DNA from: Cirrosporium novae-zelandiae
Lineage: Eukaryota
DNA: 64,000 bases
Assembly: GCA_026023565.1 (NCBI GenBank)
Contig: JAPETS010000023.1
Coordinates: 310,001 to 374,000 of the forward strand
Direction: 5' to 3'
A program made the position numbers and the translations under genes. The stretch's first letter is position 1. Each line of letters starts with the position of its first letter. This document shows positions 51,100 through 64,000 of this stretch, in pieces. The notes beneath the pieces were generated by a model. It ran no database searches, was not told the DNA's origin, and was given only the letters and a program-made list of their open reading frames with translations.

Positions 51100-53500
51100 T
51101 TATAGTTATATTAATTTCGTATATATTTAGCAATTAATATTGGACCGATCTTATATTCCGTAAAAAAATATATTCGATACTAAAGAAATTCAAATAAAAA
51201 AAATAATTATTTCCAATTTATAAAGAATTTATTATCAAAAATATTAAAATTATAGAAAAATATTAATAAAAATAAATAAAACTATTTAATTTTTAATTTT
51301 TAATATATATTTAATATTATTTATTAAATATTACAATTATTTACAGATAAATAATATCGAATATTTAATAAAAAAAAAACGATTATTTATATAAATTTCC
51401 TGGACTAAATAACTCGTATATCGAAATAGAAAAAAAAAAAAACGTTTAATATATATTAAAAACGATTATATAAATATTATTTTTTTTTATTTATCGTCGG
51501 ATATATAAAAATATCCGTATATAAATAAAACGGGTTTGTCGTTCTTTATTTTAATTTTTATTTCTGATCGAATTTTTTTATTGAACAGTTCTGGCAGTAT
51601 ATTAATCAAAATTTACGAGTTGAATATTATATAAACGTCCGTAAAAAACGGAAAAATATTTTGAATTCTGAAAATCTCGATATTCTTTTATATCAATTTT
51701 GGATATATAAAAAATCTATCCCAAATAAACGATATTTAATTCAAATTATTTTAATTATATTTTTTTCCGCGTTTACAGGAACACGGCCGGATATATTATT
51801 TTTTTTTACGGAATCTATACCAAGAATATTTTTAAATAGTCGCATATTTAATTTTATTCGGCTGGACCAATTGTTTCGTACGATTTATTACCGGGATATC
51901 GAATTTTTTATTATTTAAAATCCGTTTAGGGGTCGTGATATTGTCGCTGTATTAATTAATTTCAGAAATCTAAAAAATTTAGAATAAAATATAAATAGAT
52001 TAATTTTGTTTTTTTTTTAAAATTTTTACGCTAAATTCTATATTTATATTCCGAATATTTAAAACCAAATTTTTAATATATTAAGATTATCAGCTAATAT
52101 ATTATTTTATTATATTTTTTTTTTCGTTTATATATACCGATTATATATTTCAAAATTACCGTATAATACCAGAAATAATACTACGATTAAAAATTCCGAA
52201 ACGGTTATATTTTTTGTTTATTCCGTAGAAAAACGAAATACGGAATATTTTTTTTTTGCGATATATCGATAAAACGTTTTATAATATTGATATCCATCCA
52301 ATTTAATTAATAAAATATAATATTAATAATTCAGCAATCAAATAATTAGAGATCGATATTAATTATAAATATTTTATTTATTACTATAATTTTCGGCGTT
52401 AAATAACGAATAAAATTAATCGTAAATTATTTTATTATTATATAATTTTTATTTATTATATTATATAATTTGGTATTAATTTCTATTATAACGTAGGGGC
52501 TTTCACGGACCAAAAACGAAATCGAATTTTAGGTCAATCGGGAACTAAGATTTTCGAAAAATATTACCAGGATTATTTTATCAGCCGTAATATATAAAAT
52601 ATTATTTTTTTACGGTTTATCTAAAATTCCTTATACCGGGCTGTCGCCCAGATAAATAAAAATCGAGATCCGTTAATACCAAAAAATTTTTCGGAAAAAC
52701 AGCGCAAAACTATTATATAAAAATTTTATTTCGCCCAATTTTATAAAAAAAAACAGAAACTTTTTAAAAAAATAAAATTAATACGGAATTTCGTACGGAA
52801 TATAACGGATACTAACCAATACCGTCGTTATACTAAAATAAATAAAAAAATTAAAAAAATAAAAAATATATATTACCGAAAAAAAAAACCAAAATAAAAA
52901 AAAATTATTATTAAATTATACCGGTTATTAAAATTAATAAATAAATTAATTAAATATTTGAATTAATTTCTAATAAAAATATTTTAGATTATAAAAATAA
53001 TTTATAGAAATCTCCGGTTTTTTAATACTTATTTCCCGAATAAACTCAAATTGCAGACGCTTTTTTTAGATTTTAGACCGAATCTATAATTAATAACCAG
53101 ATTTTAATATAAAAAATTAAAACTATTTAAAATCTAATCCGTTTTTATTAACTGCGAGAATTTTATAATCGAATTAAAAAATTCGATTAAATTAATATCG
53201 ACGAAAATACGAGTAATAAAACGCCAAATTCTAATATTTTCGAAATTTTTATAAATCGATATATTTTCTATTATAACGAAAAAAATCTCGGTAATTTATA
53301 TTCCCCTAAAAAATAACGTATAAATTCACTGAAATATTATTTGGTGAATCTATATTTTTAGCTTTTTTTTTATAAAAACTGTATTATATATCTCTGTTTT
53401 TATTATAAACAGCTCGAATTTTTTAAAAATATCGTTGTTTTTTTTAATTATATCGCAATTATATATAAATATGATTTATATTTATAAATTCGTCGCTTAT
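51100..53500 (+). pseudogene. RIP-degraded DUF3435-like tyrosine recombinase (Starship captain)
   Basis: Ordered motifs: FLD*..K..TFNIY*KRL; LLYQFW..KRYLIQI..SAFTGTRP (51661-51790); IYYRDIEFF..NPFRGRDIV; P*KNEI..FLR; YNFRR (~52390); KRNRILGQSGTKIFEKYYQ (~52510-52570); RDPLIPKNFSEKQ; C-terminal CxxC..H..H remnant. Confidence 0.8.
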
Positions 53501-56500
53501 TTTTTTTTTTAATTAAAATATTAATACAAAATCGATTAACAATTTAAAAAAAAAAAATATTATAAATAATAATATTATTAATAATATTATAATTATAATT
53601 AAAATTTATAAATTTTTTTTTTTTTATTATTCTATCTATATTTTATTTTTATAGAAATAATATAGATTTATCAAAATCTTAGGATTTTTTTTATTTTAAT
53701 CTAGCTGTATAAAACTAATTAAATTTATTTAATATATATTTAATAACTAAAAATAATCAATTACGTAAATTAATTATTTTTATATTTTTTATTTAAATAA
53801 TATAATGGCTGAAGCGGTCCTGAAAAAATAAACCTAACGTTCGTAAATATTATAAAATATATTACAATTAATAAAATATTAAATAACGTCCTATATTTTA
53901 ATTTATTATCTATTATTGTTTTTATAAAAAATATCTCTCGTATTTACTATTAAATATTAAAAATCTTTTATAGATTTTGGTTTTTATATTATTATTAGAG
54001 TTTAGGGTATTTTTTATAATCAAAAAAATAATAATCGAAAAAAATATTATCTAGGAATATTCCAGAAAATTTTTTTAGATTTACGTGGCCGTGTAGCCGT
54101 TTTTTTATATTTTAGATCAATAGATTATAAAAAAATAATTATATATTAATATAAAAAAGAATAAAAATAAATTCAATATTTAATTACTATTAAATATAAA
54201 ATAATTTTTATATAATCGAAAATTTACCTATTTTTTTTGACAAATATTATTATAAAATAGATATAATCGGATAATAAATAAACTAATTAATCGTTTTTAT
54301 TTTATTTTTTTTTTCGTATTTTTTTATTCTAAATCTAGTTAGCGTAGAATTCGATTATCGATATAAAACGGTTTAAATAAAAAATTTTTTTCTCCCGTAA
54401 TTTAATTAGGATAAAATCCGATAATCTAATATTTTATTATAATTATAATAATTATATTAAAATATTTCTGGATTATAACGCTAATAATATTTTTTTATAT
54501 CGAAAATAATTTATAGAATATTAAACCGATACTAATATTTATTAAATTATTTATTATACGATTCGGCCAAATAATTAATTAATAAAAAAAAAATTTTTAA
54601 TATTATAGATTTAATATTTATTTTAAAATAATTTAATAATTTGATAAATTTTTTTATACGGAATAAAAAAATGAATTAAAATATATTATCTGGATAAAAT
54701 CTCAAAATCTAATAATTCTATTTTTAAATATATTTGAGATAAATTATTTATTCAATTTAATTAATACGATAATCTCTATTAAAGATTTATTTATATATAT
54801 AATTTATTTTAATATTATAAAAATATTCTTTTTATTACCAGAATAAATTTAGAATAAATATAAAAAACAATCTATTTTTTTTATTATATATAATTTTATA
54901 AATTTTTAAATTCTTCCAGTTTTTGTAATTATTGGAAATTTGAATAAAAAAACGATATTTTTTAAAAATACTAAAAATATCTAAATTTTTTATCAAATTA
55001 TTTTAAATACTATTTTTTTTTCGATATAAAATTTATTTTTAAAAAATCTATAACCCTGTTTATCAGAGGTATAAATAATCAAAAAAACGATATTTAAATT
55101 ATAAAAAACGAATAAAAATAGATAAAAATCTAGTAATAAAAAAAAATTATTTATTTATTAAAATATTCTTATATTAGTAGTAAACTAAAAATTAATATAA
55201 AATTAATTTATATACGATTTAGTTTTGTAGAATATTTATAAAATAGTTGTAACCCGGTCAATATATATATATTGAATATATATTATAATTATATTACGAT
55301 ACTAATATTATTTTTTTATAGATTTTGTGAATTTATTCAATAAATAATTCTAAAATCTTTTAATTAATAATTTTAATAATAATATTATACGGTATTATTT
55401 ATAATTTCTGGATTTGGTTATTTTATAGAACCAAAAAAGAGTTTTCAGAAATTATATTATTATTTCGAAAATTATTTTTTTTTTGTTAAATAATCCTAAA
55501 TATAATAATAATTACAGGAATTATAAATTTATTATTTTTAATTATATTCGCTCCAGTTTTTAAATAAAATATTAAATTATTATCGGATATTGCGACGTCA
55601 TTAATTATATATAAAATAGATTTATTTAGGCCGATTCTCTATTTTAATTTTGGTTATTTATTGATAATACTATTTCTATATAAAATAAAATCGTAAATAT
55701 TATTATTTAATAATTTATATTAATTATTATTAATATTTTATATTTTAGAATTAAATTTTTCGTCTAATAATTATAGCTATTATATTTTTTTCTAAATTTA
55801 AAATAATTTTATTATCGTTATAAATATTATTTTATATTTATAGAATATTTATTTATATTAATAGGTTTTTTGATAATTATCTTTTTTATTTAACGTATTA
55901 TTTTATTAATTCCGGGTTATTTACCGTAAATATTATTCAAAAATCTATTTGGTCTAAAATATATTATTATTTTTGGGTGATTTCGATCTATATCCGATAA
56001 AAAATCCAGATATTTCACGAATTTTATTATAAAATCATATCTCCCCGTCTAATTGATTTTATATTTTATTTAAAAAATTTTATTTTCCAGTCCAGGGTAC
56101 CGCAGTTTTAATATTAGCGGATATTATAAATAATTACAATTATAACAGCGTTCCTGTTTTTTATTGGTTTAATAATTGTTATTTTAAATTTTTTTTTCGA
56201 TTTTTTATAAATATATCTAGTAACGGTATAATTTTTTTATTTTATTTATATAATCGATTAATTAATTTAATAATTTTAAATTACCGTTTTTATTATAATT
56301 AAATCCTTATATTATTAATATATTTGTAATTAAACGTAAAATATACCGGAAAAAACTCTGGAATTGGTGTAAATAAAATAAAAAAATATATTAATATTTC
56401 TATTTTTATATATTAGATTTTTGTAAGAATTATTTATTAATTTTAAAGATTTTTTTAATATTTTTAATTATTTTAATTATTACTATTAAATATTAATTAT

Positions 56501-57414
56501 TAACGATTAAATTTTAAATTATTTAATTTTAGTTCTAACAATTTTTTTAAATTATATATAAGTTTTTATTATAATTCCTAAAAATAATTTTATATAAATT
56601 ATATAATTTATCGTCTAAAATCTAACGTACAAAATTCAGGGATCTATATATAGTGTTATATAATTAGATTATATAATATCACGTGTATATAATTTAATAT
56701 CCGTAACAGTCTTATATAAAAAAATATTATTATTAAAATATATTTAAAAGATTAAGAATTTAATTCACCGGCCGGGATTCTAGAATTATTAATTAATAGA
56801 ATTAAAATTAATTAGAAATTAATTATTTTACTATTAAATAATTAAAATAAAAATTGATATTAAATTTAAAATTTATTATTTAATTTTAGTTTTATAATTT
56901 TTTTAATTTAATATTAAATTAATAATATTAATTATTCTAAATCTAATAATCCTAATTATTAGAATTATAAAATCAAAATTATAATTAATTAATATTTAAA
57001 ATTTAATTATAAACGTTTAACGTTTAATTATAAACGTTCAACGTTTAAGCGTAAACGATTATTTTTTAATAATAATCAGAGAAATAAAAAAATTAATAAT
57101 TTTAAAATACGATTCTTATATTAATTAAAAAAATTTTCAAATATTTTTTTATTATTTTATATAATTATATATAAATAATATTAGTAATTTTACGATTTTA
57201 CTTTTTTATTATTTACTATTTAGTACCGTTCGGTCCCGTATATCTAAATACGTTATTTTTTTTATTACCAATAGTTTTTTTACTAAAAATATTCGCGTTC
57301 GTATTACGGTCTGCAGTATATTATTTACGTTATCCGATCTTAATTTTAAACTATTACTGAATACAATATAATTATTAATAAATATATAATAATATTCTAA
57401 AATATTCTATATTA

Positions 57415-60400
57415 ATGATGATGATTATTCATTGTTTTATGTCTATATACCGTTTAGAAACTATGACGGACTCTATTCAGGGGTTTTTAGACTTTTTCGT
57501 ATCCTTTTTCGGGCTTATTTTTAGCTAAAATGGTGGGGGTTACACCCCTAATTCGGCTAAATAGTTTCCCCCCTTTTTTGGGTTTCCTAGAATCACCTGA
57601 TTTATTTAACCGGATAATTTTTTAGCGTTATTTCGGTGTTCGTAATCTATAAATAGGTTTATTCGTATCTATTTTCGATTTTTTCAATTTTTGTTTACGT
57701 ATACGTTTATCTCGCGTATCTATTACGGGCCCAGTTTTTATTTAATATCTACGTCTGGGTTTTTTTCTTCCCCGTATCCGGGTTTTATCTATCCCTAATC
57801 TAGGTATATCTCATGATTTTCCGTTTCGTATCTGGCCTAAGATTAGGGTTTTTTTATTTCCGTATTATTTAAAAAACGTATCTAATTTTTAAAGAATTTT
57901 CGGTTTTTTAATACGAATATTAGTTTTTTTTTTTCGGCTATATTAGGCTATTAATCCCTCCGTTTTTCTATTGTTTTCCGTAAACGGGCCTTAATTATTT
58001 TTTAGCGCGGGTATATTAATATTAAATAAAATATATTTTAATATAAAACCCTGTATTATTAATATTCTGGGATAATAATAATTTTCGTACGATATATATA
58101 TTCCTTAATAGCGGCGTACCCCGTTTTTATTTAATAGAATTTATTTATCAATTTTTTAAACGTATATTTTAATACCCGATTTTTTTTATATTTTAAATAT
58201 ATTCGATAAAATTTATCGGACGATTTTTTTATTTTTTAATTACGTAATTAATTATACGTTTTTATAATTTATTTTTCCGTTATATTACGGGTTATATAAA
58301 TTAACGAAATTTATTCGATTATTTTATTATTTTTTAATATTATATTTATTTTAGCTATTTAATTTATTATTTCGTTTTTTAATATTTTATAATATTTTAA
58401 AATTTATTTAATAGCGATTTTCGTTTTTTAATTTATTAGATATTTAGTATATTCGTATATTTTTTATACGATCGTTTAGTTTTTTTTTAATTTTTTTTTT
58501 CGATTTATTTGATAGCCGTTTGCGAATCAAATAATATTATTATTTTTTTTTTAGGGATTTTATAATTATTTAAATATATTTTAATTATTATTTATAAAAT
58601 TATTTATATTTTCTAAAATTCTATATCGAATATTTTTTATTTTAATTTAAATAATATTTCCGTATTATTTATAAAGTTTTTTCGGTTATTTTCTAAATTA
58701 TTCCCGTTTTTATTTTACGGTTTTTTAATTTAAATCCGTCCGATTAATATACGTTTTTTCAGTCCTATATTAACGTTTCGCTAAAAATCTATTATTTTAG
58801 AAATATTATTATTTTTTTTAAAAATCTATTTTTTTCGGTTATTTAAATTTTTTCGATTTTAAAATTTAAATTTATTATTTTTTAAATTATTATTATAATT
58901 AAATATTAATTTAATATATTTTTTTTAATTTTTTAAATTTATTAAAAATTTTTTAATAATTATTTTTTTAATTAAATATTTACGTTTTTTATTTTGAACG
59001 TTATCGATAATATTAAATTCGTTAAATTTTTTTCGATTTTTTAAAAATATCGAAATCTATATTTTTTTTATACGGTATTTAATATTACGTTTACGGGATA
59101 TATATAGATTTTTTATATAATTATTATTATTAGAATTATTTTATAGATTTCTATTATTAATTTAATAAATTTATTTAATAATTTTTGAAATTTTATTTAA
59201 TAACCGGTTTATTTTTTCTACTAAATTTTATATCCGTATATATAAATTAATATTATAATCGTTACGGTTATTTAACGTATAAATCCTGTAAATAATCCGT
59301 TTCGGTAATATATATATTTAATTACGTTTTCCGTACGTCGGATTTTAATTAATCGCTGGGCGTAATAAATCTAAAAATTAAATTTCGGATTTAATTATAT
59401 ATTTAATTATTATACGTAATTTTTTTTATATTTAATTAAATAATTATCGATTTTAATTTTCGATTTAATATTTATCCAAATTTAGTATTTACGTAATCTA
59501 AAAAAAATTATAATTTTAATTTTTTAAACGTCGAATTCTAATTTATTTTTTTTTTATTAGACCGCCGTTTTTATTATTTGTTGGGTAATTTTCCGGGCTT
59601 ATTTATTATCTATATAGGTGGTCGAAAAACTTACGTCGTCCACGAATAATAAAATTTTGATCCTAAAAACCGCCTGTTTTACGGCTGCGAATAGCCCGCT
59701 GCAATATATTAGGAATAATATTGGGGATACGGGTGACTTTTACGGTACCCCCGTTTCTATATTAATTCGGGGTTATATTTCTCCGTCGATTATTAATTCA
59801 ATATTTCGTTAGATTATAAAATTAGATATTTATTTAATAATATTTTTATTGATTTTTAATTATTTTAAATATTATATTAATTTAAACCGTAATATATAAT
59901 TAAACGTTTTTTTTAGGTTTATAAATAAAATATAAATTATTTATTTTCGATTAAATTTTTTTTTTATTCGATATATTAAATATATAAACGTATAAATCGT
60001 ATTCCGATTATATTTCGATTTAAATTAATTATTATATAATTTATTTAGATTTTCGTATATATTTATTAATACGTTAATTATAATTTTTTCGATTATTTTA
60101 TTTAAATAATATAATAAATTTATTATTTTATAATTTTTAATTAATATTTTATCGGTTTTTCCGGATTTAAATAATAATATTTTTTAAATATATTTTTATT
60201 ACGTCGGGTAATATTTTAATCGGAAATAATATCGGATTATTTCTGTTATTTTATAGAAATCCTATTATTATAATATACGGAACGTTTTAAATTAAATTTT
60301 ATTATATTTTAAAATTTTATTCGTATTTTATATATATAACGTTTTTTGTATTATTTTTTCGGATAATTATTGAACGAATATTTTTTTTATCGGAAACCGA

Positions 60401-61895
60401 AATTCGGGATTTTTTAAAAATAACGGGAAAATTCGTTTTTATATAAAAATTTTTTTATTTTTAATTTTTATCGTTATTTTTCCGTTTTTTATATAGAATA
60501 TTAATATCGCGTTTTAATTTTAAAATTTATAATATTTTAATATTTTTTATTTCCGTTAAATATTTTCGGGATTTAAAAATTTATTTAAATCGTTTTTTTT
60601 TATATATATTTAAAAAAAATTTATTTATTTATTTTTTTTTTTAATTTTAATTAATTTTATAAATTTTTTAAATATTATTTTAATTTTTCCGTAAATTCGG
60701 CGTTTTTATTTCGTTTTTTTAAATATTATATAATATTCGTATTTTTTAATAATATATTTGGGATTTTATTACGTTTTTAATCAAACGTATATTTATTTAG
60801 ATTTTATATATTTATTTAAAATAATTTTTAATTAAATAATAATTTTTTATATTTCGTTTTTTAATTACGTTTCTGTATAATTTACGATTAATATATTTTT
60901 CGTAATTAATTAGAATTCTTATTTTTATTTCGTTTTAATTTATTGTTAAGGATTTTCCAACAATTTTAAATTTTACGAATTCGGGATTAATTAATCTATT
61001 TTTGGGCGGTAATTTTTTTATTCGAATTAAATAAAAACGTGATTTAAATTAATTTTTAATTTATTATTTATATTATCGATTACCGCGTTTATTAATTATT
61101 TTTAAAATAATTTTATAACGGGATTAATTATTATTAAATTAATTATTAAATAACGAGCCGATTTTTTTCCGAATTAAATATTTTAGGCGGTATCGTTTTA
61201 TATAATTAAATTCTATTTTTTTATAAACGTTATTAAAAACGCGTCGTCCACGTAAATAATTTATTCGGGCTTTTATATTAGATTATAAATATTAAAATTT
61301 TTTTAAATTTTTATTATCGGTCTTATTTTTAAAAATATATATTTTTTAATTTTTAATCGTAAATATTAATTATTCTAATCGGGTTTTCTATTTTTTCGTT
61401 TATATTTATTATATTGATATCTAGCGCTATAAAATAAAAATAATCAATTAGATCGGTTTTTACGATTATTCTAAATATATTATTTTTTCGGTTTTTATAT
61501 ATAATAATAACCGTTTTTGCGATTTTATTTCCTATTTAAATTTTTAATTCGGGCCAATAAAATTTTTACGCCGGATATAATATTTTTTTTTTTAATTTTT
61601 AATTAGATTTTTATAATAATATTATATTTATTCCGGTTTATATAATCGATTTTAGAATTATAATCGTTATATCGTATTTTTTATAATAATTATATTATAG
61701 TATTTTTATTTATAATTTGGATATATCGTTATTTATTTACGGTACGGGTATTATTAATATTTTCGGTATTATCGATATTTCGGATATTATTTACGTTTTT
61801 TCCCCCGTTTTTTTTTACAATTCGGGGATTTTTAATTTTTAATTAAAATTCTTTAAATTTTTTTTTTTATTTTTTTTTAAAAAAATTAATACGTA
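57415..61895 (-). mobile_element. RIP-degraded Tad-like LINE (ORF2: APE endonuclease, RT, RNase H, Zn knuckle) with (CAT)n tail; 5' part not in window
   Basis: Tail ATGATGATGATTATTCATTGTT at 57415; minus-strand IETGVP*KSPVSPILFLIY (~59760-59700) and LFVDDVSF (~59645-59625); endonuclease remnants RIINIYD and KNFNIYNLI* (~61390-61270). Confidence 0.88.
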
Positions 61896-61899
61896 AAAC

Positions 61900-64000
61900 A
61901 TCATTCGTGGACGACGTGAGCTTCTCGACCACCCATATAGATAATAAACAAGCCCGGAAAACCACCCAACAAGCAGCGAAGGCGGCGGTTCAATAGGGGA
62001 AAGAAAATAGGCTAGAATTCGACGCCCAAAAAACTGAGATTATAGCGTTTTTTAGGCTACGTAAACACCAAGCTTAGGTGAATACGAAACCGAAAATTAG
62101 GGTCAATAGTCACCCGATCGAATACAAAAAAGATTACGTACGGTAATTAGATATATAGCTAAACCCGAAACTTAATTTCTAAATCTACCACGCCCAGCGC
62201 CTAGCCAAGGCCAGGCGCGCGGAAAACGTAATTAAATATATATACCACCGAAACGGACTACCTACGGGGCTTGCGCGCTAGATAGCCGTAACGACGATAA
62301 TATTAACCTATATATACGGATACGAGATCTGGTGGAACGGGCAGGTCGGGTACCAAACAGAATTTCAAAAATTGCTGAATAGGTTTATAAAATTAATAAC
62401 GGGGGTCTATAAAATAACCCCAATAATAGCGGTTATATAAAAAATCTATATATATTTTATAAACGTAATATTAAATATTACGTAAAAAAAATATAGATTT
62501 CGGTATTTTTAAAAAATCGAAAAAAATTTAACGAATCTAATATTATCGATAACGTTTAAAATAAAAAACGTAAATATTTAATTAAAAAAATAACCGTTGG
62601 AAAATTTCTAATAAATTTAAAAAATTAAAAAAAATATATTAAATTAATATTTAATTATAACGATAATCTAAAAAATAATAAATTTAAATTTTAAAATCAA
62701 AAAAATCTAAATAACCGAAAAAAATAATAATATTTCTAAAATAATAGGTTTTTAGCGAAACGCTAGCGTAGAACTGGAAAAACGTATATTAATCGGACGG
62801 ATCTAAACTAAAAAACCGCAAAATAGGGGCGGGAATAATCTAGAAAATAGCCGAAAAAACCCTATAAACGATACGGAAATACTATCTAAATCAAAATAAA
62901 GAGGTATTCGACGCAGAATTTTGGGGGGCGCAAGCAGCCTTGTAAATAGCGGCTAAGGCGTACCCAAATAATTATAAAACCCCCAGAAAAAAAATAGTAG
63001 TATTATTTAATTCGCAAACGGCTATTAGACGGATCGAAAAAAAAAAATTAAAAAAAAATTAAACGATCGTATAAAAAATATACGAATATACCAAATATTT
63101 GGTCGATTAAAAAAACGAAAATCATTATTAAATAAATCCCGGAATATTACGGAATATTAAAGAACGAAATAATAAATTAAACGGTTAAAATAAATACGGC
63201 GTTAAAAAATAATAAAATGATCGAATAAATTTTGTTAATTTATATAATTTATAATATAACGGAAAAACGGATTATAAAAACGTACAATTAATTATATAAT
63301 TAAAAAATAAAAAAATCGCCCGATAAACCGTATTAAATATACCCGAGATATAAAAAAAATCGGATATTAAAATACGCGTTTAAAAAATTAATAAATAGGT
63401 TTTATTAAATAAAAACGGGGTACGCCGTTATCGGGGAATATATATACCGCACGAAAACCACTATTATCCCGGAATACTGGTGATACGGGATCCCGTATTA
63501 AAACGTTTTTTATTTAATATTAATATATCCGCGCTAGAGAGCGGCTAGGGCCCGATTACGGGAAATAATAAAAAAATAGGGGGGCCAGTAATCTAATATA
63601 ACCGAAAAAAAAAAACTAATATTCGTATTAAAAAACCGAAGATTTTTTAAAAATTAGATACGTTTTTTAGGCGATACGGAAATAAGGAAACCTTAATCCT
63701 AAACCAGACACGAAACGGAAAATCGTGAGGCGTACCTGGATTAGGGGTAGGTAGAACCCGGATATAAAAGGGAAAAGGACCCAAACGTAAATATTAAATA
63801 AAAATTAGGCCCGTAATAGATACGTGGAATAAACGTATATATAAACAAAAATTGAAAAAATCGAAAATAAATACGAATAAACCTATTTATAGATTACGAA
63901 TATCGAAATAACGCTAAAAAATTATCCGATTAAATAAATTAGATAATTCTAAAAAACCCAAAAAAGAGGGGAAACTATATAGCCGAACTAAAAAAATAAC
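61900..64000 (+). mobile_element. 5'-truncated copy of the same LINE (RT C-half, RNase H, Zn knuckle, 3'UTR), runs off the window
   Basis: SFVDDVSF, *GKENRLEFDAQKTE, VR*LDI*LNPKLNF, YGYEIWW, ITGVYKITP; RNase H SDGSK (~62793), EVFDAE (62901), *IPEYYGILKNE; 3'UTR matches 47022-47460. Confidence 0.92.

Noticed and set aside
55380..56100. Possible kinase-like (LGDFDL) or ankyrin-like (LKTGAN) remnants in the putative cargo
   Set aside because: Isolated short matches on different strands with no ordered motif series.

Overview
Filamentous ascomycete (Pezizomycotina-type) genomic DNA with short spliceosomal introns, in two compartments. About 1-38.3 kb is gene-dense housekeeping sequence with 11 genes: RecQ helicase, SAGA Ada1, a coiled-coil protein, Ost3/6, a FUSC/ArAE membrane protein, Aip1, a ferric reductase, an MIT-domain protein, an MFS transporter, a Zn2Cys6 factor and Prm10/ThrE. 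A transition zone (39-43.5 kb) holds two pseudogenised accessory genes, a Ser/Thr kinase and an NB-ARC NLR-like gene. From about 44.6 kb the window is an extremely AT-rich, RIP-degraded nest of mobile elements: two TA-flanked TIR elements (one a whole-length foldback), a chromodomain Ty3/Gypsy element, and three copies of a Tad-like LINE with RNase H. The most notable feature is a RIP-fossilised DUF3435-like tyrosine recombinase (Starship 'captain') at about 51.1-53.5 kb, which seems to head an element inserted into the Gypsy. All domain calls come from reading motifs by eye. Exon and element boundaries in the RIP region are approximate.
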